Below are positions 49,378-59,602 of a DNA stretch of 64,000 nt, piece by piece (position 1 is the first letter of the stretch; every line of letters begins with the position of its first letter). Both the position numbers and the translations under genes were made by a program. The stretch spans positions 49,320 to 113,319 of the forward strand of contig CAYGPG010000002.1 in assembly GCA_964351905.1 (NCBI GenBank). Direction: 5' to 3'. This DNA comes from an uncultured Micavibrio sp. GTDB taxonomy: Bacteria; Pseudomonadota; Alphaproteobacteria; Micavibrionales; Micavibrionaceae. The notes beneath the pieces were generated by a model that saw only the letters and a list, made by a program, of their open reading frames with translations, was not told where the DNA came from and searched no databases.

Positions 49378-49577
49378 AATTTATGAACCTCTTTTATTTT
49401 AATAAATGTAACTTTATTTCCTATTTTTTAACAAGTTAATAATATCATTATCAAGAGAAAAATAACATAAAATTATGTAAATTACAATAATTTATTCTTT
49501 TATTTCACTCTTGCCCTTTTTGATCAGCCTGTTATAAACGCCTCGAAATTAATTTTTATAGTGAAAAGAGGCACATA

Positions 49578-50000
49578 ATGGCTACACAACAAACATTTTC
49601 GATACTTAAACCTGATGCGACGCGTCGTAATTTGACGGGGGCGATTAACCAGAAATTTGAAGAGAATGGTCTTCGCAATGTGGCGCAAAAGCGTATTCAT
49701 ATGACACGTGAGCAAGCGGAGAAATTCTACGCCGTTCATGCAGAGCGTCCATTTTTTGGTGAGTTGGTTGATTTCATGATTTCTGAGCCTGTTGTGGTTC
49801 AGGTTTTGGAAGGCGAAAACGCCGTTGCAAAGAATCGTGAGATCATGGGCGCAACAAACCCAGAAGACGCCGATGCAGGTACTATTCGTAAAGAATTTGC
49901 ACTCAGCATTGGTGAAAATTCAGTTCACGGATCTGACAGCGATGAAAATGCAGCGATTGAAATTGCGCATTTCTTTAGCAAAGATGAGATTGTTGGGTAA
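49578..50000 (+). CDS. ndk: Nucleoside-diphosphate kinase
   Basis: 140 aa. TFSILKPDA and active-site NSVHGSDS. Confidence 0.95.
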   Translation: MATQQTFSILKPDATRRNLTGAINQKFEENGLRNVAQKRIHMTREQAEKFYAVHAERPFFGELVDFMISEPVVVQVLEGENAVAKNREIMGATNPEDADAGTIRKEFALSIGENSVHGSDSDENAAIEIAHFFSKDEIVG

Positions 50001-50010
50001 TCAGTAATTT

Positions 50011-50091
50011 GTCATTGCGAGCGAAGCGCGGCAATCTATAGTTTAACGGAAATATTCTGGATTGCTTCGTCACTTCGTTCCTCGCAATGAC
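50011..50091. repeat. Hairpin MITE-like repeat, copy C
   Basis: 81 bp, GTCATTGCGAGCGAAGCGCGGCAATC...TCTGGATTGCTTCGTCACTTCGTTCCTCGCAATGAC. Lies between convergent ndk and the sensor kinase gene. Confidence 0.8.
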
Positions 50092-50103
50092 GGTTTGAAA
50101 GAC

Positions 50104-53100
50104 TTAATCCTTATTCTTTTCTATCCACGCATCGAGAGCCTTTTTGGCTCTCTTTTGCATTTCGGGTAAGGGCTCGACCAATGCGGTTAAAACGATAATG
50201 GCTTCGTCGCCTTTGGCTTTGACTTCAATTTTGGCGGCTTGCTCGCTCAGTTCCATGAGACCAAAGTTACCAGCCATGCCTTTCATTTCATGAGCACGAG
50301 CGGCCAAGTCATTCATTTTATTGTCTTTTACGGCTACGTTGATAGATGTAATAATTTCATCGTTCTTTTTTGTGACATCATCAAGCATTTCTTGAATATC
50401 TTTAATTTTTAAATGTGTTTTTAAGGTATCCAATGTTTCGCTTTTTAAGGTGTTCTCGAGATTTTCTTCTTCAGAATCTTTAATTTCTTCTGCAGGTTTT
50501 TGCTTTACCGAAACTTCAGAACCTTCAAATGTAGGTTTTTTCTTGTTTGTTTCTTTCTCTTGATCTTTTGCATTCTGTACATTTTGTATAATAGCTGTGT
50601 CCAGTAAATTATCAAAGATTCCTTCTCCTGCTTTATTGATTTTACTTTTGAGGATATCGATATCAATAGGTTTTGAGATAATGCCGTTCATGCCACATTC
50701 ATAATAATGCTTAATATCCTTAGGCATTGTGTTTCCTGTTAGTGCGATAATAGGGATATCTTTAATTTTAGCATCATCTGATTGTCTAATAAGTTTTGTT
50801 GCTTCATCTCCTTTAAGTGCAGGCATTTCAATGTCCATGAGGATGAGATCAAAGTTTTCTTTTTCCAAGCGGTTAATAGCTATTTGTGCGCTGTCGATCA
50901 TTGTGACTTTATGTTGTGTTTTATTTAAAAATCCTTCGACAACCTTTTGGTTAATTTTATTGTCATCAACCACCATGATTTTAAGTGATTTTGATTTTTC
51001 AGGGCGTTTCTGGGCGATAAATTTATTACCGCTACTATCATTATCTGCTACAGGCATATTGAGAGTGAAAAAGAAGGTGCTCCCTTCCCCTTCTTTACTA
51101 TTAATATTAATTGTGCTGCCCATGCCCTCAACAAGACCTTTACTTATTGCAAGTCCGAGGCCTGTGCCGCCAAATTTTCTAGAGATTGACGTATCAGCTT
51201 GTGAAAAAGGGCTGAATAAATTCTTTTGCGACTCTTTAGGTATACCAACACCACTATCACTTACTCCAAAATAGATTTCACATGTTCCGTCTTTTTTATC
51301 ACGCATGAGTTCTGCGGTGATGGTCACGCCACCTTCATTCGTAAATTTGATGGCGTTACCCGCTAAGTTTAAAAGAACTTGGCGTAACCTTGTGGGATCT
51401 CCATAAACATATTTAGTAAGATTATCGCCAATTTTTGTATTGAGCCTAATATTCTTTTGCGCGGCATGTCCTTTCATTAATGTAGAAACACCATTAATGA
51501 GGCGGTGAAGATCAAAGCTGATATTTTCAAGAACCATTTTGCCTTGTTCAATTTTTTCAAAGTCCAAAATATCATTCAAGAGGGCGAGCATGGCATCGCT
51601 AGAATCTTGAACTGTTTGAGCGTATTCTTTTTGCTCTTTTGTAAGGTTGCTGTCTAACAACAGACGGATCATACCCATAATTCCTGTCATGGGTGTTCTG
51701 ATTTCGTGACTAACCACAGCTAGAAATGCAGATTTCGCTTTGTTCGCTTGATCGGCGTCATCTTTGGCAATACGCATCTCTTCTGTGCGGCGAGCTTCAC
51801 TTTTTCTAAGCTCTCCCAAGACTTTACGCTCCTGTTCAATCACTTTTAGTAAGCGGTCTTGCTCGGTATTTTCTTTTGTCTTTCTGAGGCGCGTAACATT
51901 TTCTGTTTCATCAATTTCTAATTTTTGTGAGAGCTTGACGTCCTCATAATCATTTTCAAATTTGATTTTAGAAGCCATAACGAAAAAGAACATTTGAGGT
52001 ATGATTGAAAACCAAACAGAATTTATTGCTGTTGAAACAGTTGGAAGCATATTGCCTAAAGCCATGATGCTTATGATTGTACCCAAAATTAAAATGAGCC
52101 AACCAAAGATAAAAGTAGAGAGTTCACCTTCACCGCGCTGCATTTGCAATACTGAAATGAGGGGAATGAGTATGATTAAAAATAAACTAGGGCCGTAATA
52201 AAGTGCGTATTTTGCAGCAGCAATATCAATAGGTAAAAATAAGCCTAGTAAGTAAGAAAGAATACTTAGCCCTATCACGCCAATAAAAGCGCCGTTTATT
52301 AATTTTGATTTTGTATCCATCTCCCAAAAAATGCGAGAAAGTAAAAAACCAGAGATAGAGATGAGAAGGAAGTAAAAGGGAATAACGGCACTGCCCAGTA
52401 AAGAGATAGGGCTTATTGCGAAACTATTTTGCATTAAGAAAAGTAAGCTTAAAAGCACATAGTAAAGTGTAAAGTAAAAATAATAATATTGGCTTCGCAT
52501 AAAGCCGATGGCTGTAAAAAAGAAGCCCATTCCTATGAGTAGAATACTCATTATATGGACATGAAGGCTTCCATCTGTTGAGAGGTGCTTATCATATCGA
52601 ACAAGTTGTAAAGGAACTGCAGTCGGGAGGCCTTTTTTAAAATCAAGTTTTAAGATGATCTTGGTTTTTTTATTACGCTCAAAGTTAAAAAGCGTAGAAC
52701 CATTAGCCTGCACTTCGAATTTTTGAAGCTTGTTCGTTGATAAATTGTAGCTGTAGGCTTCGATACTATCAAAAAAACCATATCGACCCATGAGGCTATT
52801 ACCAAAATCAATTTTCCATTTCTCTTCTTTTGACCGGTTCATTACATCGAAGCTAAGCCAGTTTGTGTGACCATCTAGCCCTAACGTTACAATGCTTCCT
52901 GAACCACTATACATTTCTCCATTTAAAAAAAGTCCTGAGATAATATCTTTGGCTGTGATGTTACCGTCTTCATCTTCGTATTTTATAAGATAAGGCGATA
53001 GATAATGCTCTTTTGTCTTATCGTTTAAGATAAGAGTATGTTGTGATCCATTTGAAACAGGTTGGGCACTTGCTGTGCTTATTGCAACAGTTTGCATCAA

Positions 53101-53163
53101 AAGCCATAAGCAAATAATAGCTGTAAATAATATTTTTTGATTGGCTAAGCGCATGAAGGACAT
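50104..53163 (-). CDS. Hybrid sensor histidine kinase / response regulator with 7TMR-DISM sensor and C-terminal HPt
   Basis: About 1019 aa counted from the ATG at 53163. Signal peptide, periplasmic 7TMR-DISMED2-like domain, 7 TM helices, coiled coil, H-box VSHEIRTPM, HATPase GGTGLGLAI, REC domain (MVVDDNKINQ, DIEMP) and HPt (HEMKGMAGNFG). Confidence 0.85.
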   Translation of the reverse strand: MSFMRLANQKILFTAIICLWLLMQTVAISTASAQPVSNGSQHTLILNDKTKEHYLSPYLIKYEDEDGNITAKDIISGLFLNGEMYSGSGSIVTLGLDGHTNWLSFDVMNRSKEEKWKIDFGNSLMGRYGFFDSIEAYSYNLSTNKLQKFEVQANGSTLFNFERNKKTKIILKLDFKKGLPTAVPLQLVRYDKHLSTDGSLHVHIMSILLIGMGFFFTAIGFMRSQYYYFYFTLYYVLLSLLFLMQNSFAISPISLLGSAVIPFYFLLISISGFLLSRIFWEMDTKSKLINGAFIGVIGLSILSYLLGLFLPIDIAAAKYALYYGPSLFLIILIPLISVLQMQRGEGELSTFIFGWLILILGTIISIMALGNMLPTVSTAINSVWFSIIPQMFFFVMASKIKFENDYEDVKLSQKLEIDETENVTRLRKTKENTEQDRLLKVIEQERKVLGELRKSEARRTEEMRIAKDDADQANKAKSAFLAVVSHEIRTPMTGIMGMIRLLLDSNLTKEQKEYAQTVQDSSDAMLALLNDILDFEKIEQGKMVLENISFDLHRLINGVSTLMKGHAAQKNIRLNTKIGDNLTKYVYGDPTRLRQVLLNLAGNAIKFTNEGGVTITAELMRDKKDGTCEIYFGVSDSGVGIPKESQKNLFSPFSQADTSISRKFGGTGLGLAISKGLVEGMGSTININSKEGEGSTFFFTLNMPVADNDSSGNKFIAQKRPEKSKSLKIMVVDDNKINQKVVEGFLNKTQHKVTMIDSAQIAINRLEKENFDLILMDIEMPALKGDEATKLIRQSDDAKIKDIPIIALTGNTMPKDIKHYYECGMNGIISKPIDIDILKSKINKAGEGIFDNLLDTAIIQNVQNAKDQEKETNKKKPTFEGSEVSVKQKPAEEIKDSEEENLENTLKSETLDTLKTHLKIKDIQEMLDDVTKKNDEIITSINVAVKDNKMNDLAARAHEMKGMAGNFGLMELSEQAAKIEVKAKGDEAIIVLTALVEPLPEMQKRAKKALDAWIEKNKD

Positions 53164-53336
53164 AAAATTAATATTATCAATGAAAAGAGCGATACTCGGT
53201 AAGAACAGCATAAAGTAGCATTATTATGCCATCATATTTCTTACGAAAATATGAATATATTGATAAAAAATGTCTTAATACTGCAAATCTCGCTATATGT
53301 AAAATTTATAGCGAAGTTATTTGAAGATAACGGCGT

Positions 53337-53480
53337 TTACAGGGTAATGAGCGCCAAAAGTATAACGCAAGCAATTGTGGCAATTGTCCCGTATTTTAAA
53401 AGCTTTGTAAAACCGATCCATAGGTTTTCTGCACGCTCAGTTTGTTCTTTTGAACATTCTGTTTTATTTGTGTGACCCAT
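53337..53480 (-). CDS. Small membrane protein resembling bacterial aa3-type cytochrome oxidase subunit IV (COX4_pro_2-like)
   Basis: 47 aa, not in the ORF track. MGHTNKTECSKEQTERAENLWIGFTKLLKYGTIATIACVILLALITL has a charged N-terminus, an F-x-K-x-x-K/W-G-T region and one TM helix. Starts 14 nt after the purM stop. Confidence 0.45.
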   Translation of the reverse strand: MGHTNKTECSKEQTERAENLWIGFTKLLKYGTIATIACVILLALITL

Positions 53481-53494
53481 TTAGAAATTCCTTC

Positions 53495-54592
53495 TTAAAC
53501 ATTCCATGAAGATTGGGTGTTTTGTATTTCTACCTCACTCAACCCATCTGTTCGTTTAATATACCCAATCTCAAAAACAGTTTCACCATTTTCTTTTAAA
53601 GTTTTCGTTATTTTATACACCTCTTCAGGGGCACAAATGACAACCATACCGATACCGCAATTTAAGGTCACAGCCATATCTTCCGCACTTAGGCCGCCTG
53701 CTTGAGCAAGCCATTTGAACAAAGGTGGTAATTTCCATTTTGAAGCATCAATAGTTGCGCTCATATTCTCTGGCAATACACGGGGGATGTTCTCAATTAA
53801 TCCGCCACCTGTAATATTGGCAATGCCTTTAATGGCCTGATGTCCTTCTGAATTGTTAAGCTTAAGCGCTGCTAGAATAGATTTCACGTAGAGCTTGGTT
53901 GGCGTGAGAAGCAAATCGCCTAAATTACCGCCGCCTGCAAAAGTGGCGTCGCTGTCATAATTATAACCTTGTGTACTGCCGACAATTTTACGCACCAATG
54001 AGAAGCCGTTTGAATGTAGGCCGCTCGCGGCTAACCCAAGAATGACGTCGCCCTCACAAATACGCTCACCCGTCACAATTTTGTCGCGCTCTACCGCGCC
54101 AACGGTAAAGCCAGCCAAGTCATAATCTTCTTGGGCATACATACCAGGCATTTCAGCAGTTTCACCACCGATTAAGGCGCAGCCTGATTCTTTACAACCT
54201 TTGGCAATGCCTTTGATGACGGCTTCGGCATGATCAATATTGAGTTTTCCGGTGGCAAAGTAATCTAAGAAAAATAGGGGTTCTGCGCCTTGCACGACCA
54301 AGTCATTTACGCACATGGCAACTAGATCAATCCCAACGGTTTCATGTTTGCCCGTATCAATAGCGACTTTTAATTTAGTGCCAACGCCATCTGTGGCAGA
54401 AACAAGGATAGGGTCATCATAGCCAGCGGCTTTTGGGTCAAATAAAGCACCAAAACCACCAATATTAGACATCATTCCGCTACGTTTTGTTGCTTTAACT
54501 GCGGGCTTTATACGCTCAACAAGAGCATTTCCTGCATCAATATCCACACCTGCATCTTTGTAAGCACTTTGTTTCATTGTTATTTGATCCAT
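53495..54592 (-). CDS. purM: Phosphoribosylformylglycinamidine cyclo-ligase (AIR synthetase)
   Basis: 365 aa. [19 protein letters not shown] and GGETAEMPG. The start may be the internal ATG at 54577. Confidence 0.95.
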   Translation of the reverse strand: MDQITMKQSAYKDAGVDIDAGNALVERIKPAVKATKRSGMMSNIGGFGALFDPKAAGYDDPILVSATDGVGTKLKVAIDTGKHETVGIDLVAMCVNDLVVQGAEPLFFLDYFATGKLNIDHAEAVIKGIAKGCKESGCALIGGETAEMPGMYAQEDYDLAGFTVGAVERDKIVTGERICEGDVILGLAASGLHSNGFSLVRKIVGSTQGYNYDSDATFAGGGNLGDLLLTPTKLYVKSILAALKLNNSEGHQAIKGIANITGGGLIENIPRVLPENMSATIDASKWKLPPLFKWLAQAGGLSAEDMAVTLNCGIGMVVICAPEEVYKITKTLKENGETVFEIGYIKRTDGLSEVEIQNTQSSWNV

Positions 54593-54673
54593 TTTTGCGT
54601 TATAAAATAGCCATCTTCTTTACACATATTATGTTTAGCTTAAATGCTGAACATTAATTAGGGACAATTAAGT

Positions 54674-55996
54674 ATGGCCATTATTAAAAATATTTCTTTT
54701 TATAAGCCGAATAACGTAAGGCGTATAGCCCTTTATATCGTTTTTTCTTTTGTTTTTCTTGTTCCTTTTCTATCTCAAGCCCAAGAAATTGTTGTTAAGC
54801 CGTTAGCCGAGCAAGATATCGACCAATTCACTGTAAAAAATATTGAGGTTGATATTACCGCAGATAATGCAGTGCAAGCCCGAGAAGAAGCGTTTGAGGT
54901 TGCCCAAATCAAAGCGTATGAAGCATTGGCGCGCCGTTTATTGGACGGCCCTTCTTATAAGGAGTTTGAAACGCCAGACATTAATACCGTTTCATTATAT
55001 GTTCAGAATTATGAAGTGCAGAATGAGAAATTATCCGCTGTTCGTTATAATGGAATCTATGAAATTCGCTTTAGCCCCCGTGTTGAAGGGCAGATTAAGC
55101 AAAGTGTGATGCAAGAAACAGGTGAGGGAAGCTTGCTTACCGTGAATCAGGCTGGTGATACTCTTATTTTGCCCTTTTATCAGAGAGCAGGACGCTCCTT
55201 CCTCTGGCAGGCTAATCCATTTATGCAGGCTTGGGTGAGGGCACGTGATAATGAGGCGGCGCGCAATGCGATTATACCCGTTGGTGATATAAACGACATT
55301 CGCCAAGTACGTGATGGCCAGGGACTAAACTATGATCCTGCACGTCTTAACGCGATGCGCCTTCGATATAATGCCAGACAAGTCATGTTACTCACTGTTG
55401 AACCGACGTTACAGACTAATGGTCGAAAAACAGTCATGCTCAAAATATACGAAGCAAAACCTTATGGCCCTGAACTTCTCTCTCAATCAGTTTTACCAGC
55501 CTATCCTGGTGAGATAGAGGATCAGCTTTACAATCGAATGGTCAGGGAATCATTAAACAAACTTTCTCAACCCAACCCAAATAATCCAACAGATGTTATA
55601 GAGGTGAAAGATATAAGAGAGGGGCAAGCGCAGAATATTCCTTCTAATTCTTATGCTGGTGTAGAGGCCAATATTACGACACAAGTTAATTTTTCATCTG
55701 TTCAAGAATGGGTTGAAACAAAGAAAACAATAGAAAATTTACCAAACGTATCTAATGTATTGGTTCAATCCATGAGCCCACGCGCAGCAATTTTAAACGT
55801 AAAATTTACAGGCGGAGAAGAGGCGTTACGTCAGGGGCTTTCACAACGTGGATTGGTTTTAAATAATGCGCCGCAAGGTCAAATTTATCAAATTATGCGT
55901 GGTCAACGCCAACCTGTATACCAACCAAAGCCAACGTGGCAGCAAGCACCACAGACCCAAAATAATATAAATAATAATTTTGAAGCAACTTTTTAA
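54674..55996 (+). CDS. Secreted hypothetical protein (possibly DUF2066-like)
   Basis: 440 aa with a signal peptide ending SQAQE. The position between purM and the AI-2E permease/hda matches a synteny I recall for DUF2066 proteins. The domain call is unverified. Confidence 0.45.
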   Translation: MAIIKNISFYKPNNVRRIALYIVFSFVFLVPFLSQAQEIVVKPLAEQDIDQFTVKNIEVDITADNAVQAREEAFEVAQIKAYEALARRLLDGPSYKEFETPDINTVSLYVQNYEVQNEKLSAVRYNGIYEIRFSPRVEGQIKQSVMQETGEGSLLTVNQAGDTLILPFYQRAGRSFLWQANPFMQAWVRARDNEAARNAIIPVGDINDIRQVRDGQGLNYDPARLNAMRLRYNARQVMLLTVEPTLQTNGRKTVMLKIYEAKPYGPELLSQSVLPAYPGEIEDQLYNRMVRESLNKLSQPNPNNPTDVIEVKDIREGQAQNIPSNSYAGVEANITTQVNFSSVQEWVETKKTIENLPNVSNVLVQSMSPRAAILNVKFTGGEEALRQGLSQRGLVLNNAPQGQIYQIMRGQRQPVYQPKPTWQQAPQTQNNINNNFEATF

Positions 55997-56022
55997 AAAA
56001 CGTTTAGGGGGATTAAAAAAAA

Positions 56023-57126
56023 ATGGAAATTTCACCAAGAGCACAGCTTATATTTTGGAGCGTTACGTCTGCGCTACTTATCAGTTTTGTCTGGATATTT
56101 AAAGCCGTTTTAACGCCGTTTGTGCTTGGGGTTGTCATTGCCTACCTTTTAAATCCTTTGGTGAAAAGATTTTCAACGAAGGGCATTAAGAGAACAACGA
56201 GCACGATTTTTATTCTATCTATTTTCTTTGTTGCGATAACGGCGGTTATCATCGTTGTTTCTCCCATCATTGCAAAAGAAAGCGCGGAGTTAATTAAAGC
56301 GCTCCCTGATTATCTGGATAAAATTATTGCCTATATTCAACCTTATATTATTTGGTTTCAGGAAATGACAGGTGCGGGCGGTATTGAAGATGCCAAAACG
56401 TTCTTAAAAGAAAATATTTCGAAAATCTTAAGTATAACTGGTGGCGTCGCTGGCGGTTTGGCCGCAGGTGGGCAGGCTGTTATTGGTATGATTTCTACAA
56501 TCGTGATAACACCTTTGGTGGCCTTCTTTATGATGAAAGAATGGCCCGCAATAACGGATTGGGTTGAAGATCTTATTCCAAGGCACAGAGAGAAAATGAT
56601 CAAAGATCTCATTGAAAAAATAGATATGAAGCTTTCTGGTTTTATTCGCGGTCAATTAACAGTCGCTTTTTTCTTAGGTCTTATTTATGCGATCGCGTTG
56701 ACGATTGCAGGTTTAAATTATGGATTCCTTATCGGGCTTACAGCAGGATTTTTATCCATCATACCACTGGTTGGCTCAACTATTGGTCTGCTCGTCAGCG
56801 TCATTGTGGCGTGGTTTCAGGCAGGGGAAATTGATTATGTTTTGATTATTGCCGCCATCTTTGTCGTGGGACAAATTGTTGAAGGGAATATTTTATCCCC
56901 TAAATTATTAGGTGATAGTGTTGGCTTGCATCCTTTATGGATTTTGTTTGCTTTGATGGCTGGTGGAAGTCTTTTTGGTATTTTAGGAATGTTGATCGCT
57001 GTTCCTGTTGCTGCATCTATTGGCGTGCTTGTTGGTTTTGCCATTACGCAATATAAAGCAAGTTCAATTTATAAAAAAAAGAGCAGTAAAAAACCTGCTA
57101 AAAAATCAGTAAAGAAAAAAGCATAA
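56023..57126 (+). CDS. AI-2E family transporter (PerM-like permease)
   Basis: 367 aa with about 8 TM helices. Conserved C-terminal half IVEGNILSPKLLGDSVGLHPL. Confidence 0.85.
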   Translation: MEISPRAQLIFWSVTSALLISFVWIFKAVLTPFVLGVVIAYLLNPLVKRFSTKGIKRTTSTIFILSIFFVAITAVIIVVSPIIAKESAELIKALPDYLDKIIAYIQPYIIWFQEMTGAGGIEDAKTFLKENISKILSITGGVAGGLAAGGQAVIGMISTIVITPLVAFFMMKEWPAITDWVEDLIPRHREKMIKDLIEKIDMKLSGFIRGQLTVAFFLGLIYAIALTIAGLNYGFLIGLTAGFLSIIPLVGSTIGLLVSVIVAWFQAGEIDYVLIIAAIFVVGQIVEGNILSPKLLGDSVGLHPLWILFALMAGGSLFGILGMLIAVPVAASIGVLVGFAITQYKASSIYKKKSSKKPAKKSVKKKA

Positions 57127-57825
57127 ATGAGCAACGCTTTAGAGCAAATACCGTTGGATTTGGGTCATCGTAATGCCTTGGGGCGCGATGATTTCATGGT
57201 GGCGCCGAACAATCAAGATGCGGTGGCATGGATTGATTTATGGCCTGAATGGCCTGCGCCGTGTCTTATTCTTTATGGTCCTGTCGCCAGTGGTAAAACA
57301 CATATTGGTGCGGTGTGGTCCGAAAAATCGAGCGCGATTTGTATTAAGGCGTCGAACATTAACGAAAACGTTATTCGTGACATTGCAGAGATGAACCATC
57401 ATGTGATTATCGAAGATGCGGATAATTTAATCGGTAATCTGGATGGTGAAAAAGGATTGTTTCACCTTTATAATATTTTCAAAGAAGATCAACGTTCTGT
57501 TCTGATTACGCTCCAAGAGCCTCCCGTACGCCGCAGTTTTGCGCTTCCTGATTTGGCGTCTCGTTTACGCGCCGCGCCGTCTGTGGCCATTCGAGAGCCT
57601 GATGAGCAATTGATTGCCGCCGTGTTGGTAAAATTATTTAATGACCGCCAAATCCGTATTGGGGCAGATGTTTTACATTATATTTTGCCTCGCCTAGAGC
57701 GTTCTTTTGAAGCGGCAAATAGGCTTGTTGAACAAGCAGACCGCAAAGCGATGATTGAGAAACGGAATATTTCAATTCCGCTGGTGCGTGAAATTTTAAA
57801 TGCTTGTCATTCCGAAAGGGCATAG
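57127..57825 (+). CDS. hda: DnaA regulatory inactivator Hda-like protein
   Basis: 232 aa. DnaA-type AAA+ module without a DNA-binding domain, with Walker A LILYGPVASGKTHIG. Starts immediately after the permease stop. The last 7 codons lie in a MITE-like repeat. Confidence 0.75.
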   Translation: MSNALEQIPLDLGHRNALGRDDFMVAPNNQDAVAWIDLWPEWPAPCLILYGPVASGKTHIGAVWSEKSSAICIKASNINENVIRDIAEMNHHVIIEDADNLIGNLDGEKGLFHLYNIFKEDQRSVLITLQEPPVRRSFALPDLASRLRAAPSVAIREPDEQLIAAVLVKLFNDRQIRIGADVLHYILPRLERSFEAANRLVEQADRKAMIEKRNISIPLVREILNACHSERA

Positions 57826-57877
57826 CGACGAGGAATCGCAAAGTTATATAAGATCTCTCACGTTCGTTCGAGATGAC
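57806..57877. repeat. Hairpin MITE-like repeat, copy F, overlapping the hda 3' end
   Basis: GTCATTCCGAAAGGGCATAGCGACGAGGAATCGC...CTCTCACGTTCGTTCGAGATGAC. GTCATT...ATGAC termini, with the hda stop codon inside the element. Confidence 0.55.
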
Positions 57878-57879
57878 AG

Positions 57880-58368
57880 TTATGAATCAGGAATAATCAA
57901 ATCAACCAATTTATTTTGATTGGGTTGAATGTCTTTCCAATCGTTTATCGGGCAATCTAAAATAATTAAGGTCGCAGGATTATAAAATAATCGTAATTTT
58001 TCACGCGATGGGTTATCACTTTCTTCGCAGAGCATATTAGCCAGAGCATGAATGCCTGGGTTATGGGCGATAATCAAAATCGTTTCTGACTGTGCGTTTT
58101 GTAGCGCGTTTAAAAGCACGCCAGCAGGAGCGTTATATAATTCTTCAAGGTATTTAATTTTACCAATCTGTGCGCCAGCTTCAATCACGGCTTCGCACGT
58201 CATTTTGGTACGAACGGCATCGGAGCATAAAACTGTATCGATAGTCTGAATTTTTGATCCAATATATTTTGCTTGGTTTATGCCAATATTACTAATAGGT
58301 CGATCTTTATCAATAACATCATAGGCCATCGGTGCATCCGCATGGCGCATTAAATAGAGTTTACGCAT
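57880..58368 (-). CDS. sixA: Phosphohistidine phosphatase SixA-like (histidine phosphatase superfamily)
   Basis: About 162 aa counted from the ATG at 58368. LYLMRHADA (RHG motif) and IIAHNPG. Confidence 0.7.
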   Translation of the reverse strand: MRKLYLMRHADAPMAYDVIDKDRPISNIGINQAKYIGSKIQTIDTVLCSDAVRTKMTCEAVIEAGAQIGKIKYLEELYNAPAGVLLNALQNAQSETILIIAHNPGIHALANMLCEESDNPSREKLRLFYNPATLIILDCPINDWKDIQPNQNKLVDLIIPDS

Positions 58369-59518
58369 TTTTATTCTCATACTTATGCATATGACCGTCT
58401 TTTAAACCGAGGGTTATTTTGCCTTCTTTTAAGGCTATAGCGTCCGATCCAAAAACTTCAAAACGCCAGCCTTTCATAGCAAGGCAGTCAGGTTTGTCTT
58501 TGGTCGCAATTTCTTCCAAATCACTGACATTTGCAATGAGTTTGGGCGCAACATGTGCCTCAGAACTATTTATTTTTAAAAGCAATTTTAGCATTTCTAA
58601 AATTGGCACATTTTCGCGAGGAAACGGCTTTCCACGTTTAACCTCCGGCCATTGGGCTTTATCACTTTTTCGTGCTTTGGCGACTAATTTTATAAGCGTT
58701 TCACCAATATGATTTTTGGCCGCGTCTTTTGGCACATTTCGAATGCGGGTTAATCCCCCAATATCTTTAGGCATATACATCGCCACATCAGCCAAAGCTT
58801 CGTCCTTCATAATGCGATTACGCGGAATATCTTTTCTACGCGCCAATTCTTCGCGCCAAATGGCAAGTTCACGCAAGATCGTCATGACTTCAGGCTTATC
58901 ACTGCGAATTTTAATGCGTTTCCACATATCTTCCACAGGCATCTCGTACGTATCAGGGCTGGTCAATATTTCCATTTCTTGTTCCACCCAATGATGACGC
59001 TTTTGTTTTTTTAGACGCTTTTCTAAACTTTCATAAACATCACGTAAATGCGTCACATCACCCAGCGCATAGGTGAGTTGTTTTTCTGTTAAAGGGCGAC
59101 GTGACCAATCGGTAAATTGGGCATTTTTCTCAATCGTATTGCCCGTAATATCTTGCACCAATTTACTGTAGGCGATTGAATCACCATATCCACAAACCAT
59201 GGCGGCGACTTGGGTGTCAAAAATAGGGTGAGGAATTTTATTATTCATTTGATAAAAAATTTCCAAATCCTGACGCGCGGCATGAAATACTTTTAAAACT
59301 TTTTCATTATGCATGAGGTCGTTAAACGGCGTAAGGTCTAGGTCAAATTCAATCGGGTCAATCGCCACAGGCTCCATATCCGGCGCGCAAAGTTGAACAA
59401 GGCACAAACACGAATAAAAGGTCTTATCCCTCAAAAATTCGGTATCAATCGTAATATAAGACTGTTTGGATAATTCAGCACAAATGTCATTGAGCTGTTC
59501 TTGGGTTTTAATAATCAT
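58361..59518 (-). CDS. rnd: Ribonuclease D
   Basis: About 385 aa. DEDDy exonuclease motifs ITIDTEF, FHAARQDLE and YALGDV, plus an HRDC region. Alternative start at 59533. Confidence 0.85.
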   Translation of the reverse strand: MIIKTQEQLNDICAELSKQSYITIDTEFLRDKTFYSCLCLVQLCAPDMEPVAIDPIEFDLDLTPFNDLMHNEKVLKVFHAARQDLEIFYQMNNKIPHPIFDTQVAAMVCGYGDSIAYSKLVQDITGNTIEKNAQFTDWSRRPLTEKQLTYALGDVTHLRDVYESLEKRLKKQKRHHWVEQEMEILTSPDTYEMPVEDMWKRIKIRSDKPEVMTILRELAIWREELARRKDIPRNRIMKDEALADVAMYMPKDIGGLTRIRNVPKDAAKNHIGETLIKLVAKARKSDKAQWPEVKRGKPFPRENVPILEMLKLLLKINSSEAHVAPKLIANVSDLEEIATKDKPDCLAMKGWRFEVFGSDAIALKEGKITLGLKDGHMHKYENKNA

Positions 59519-59602
59519 TACAAAGTCATACACGCGCGCATGCCCAATTAAAAGAAAAATTAAAGCATTGACTTATGAAAATAATAAATTTAAATAACTA
59601 AT

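Noticed and set aside
49461-49485. dif-like sequence AACATAAAATTATGTAAAT in the AT-rich spacer between the RSH-like gene and ndk
   Set aside because: The half-sites ACATAA/TTATGT are separated by 2 nt rather than the 6-nt central region of XerC/D dif sites, and the outer arms do not match.
53251-53475. 74-aa plus-strand ORF from the track in the kinase-purM gap
   Set aside because: It has no RBS, odd composition and no motif. The same DNA encodes a more plausible 47-aa membrane protein on the minus strand, co-oriented with purM.
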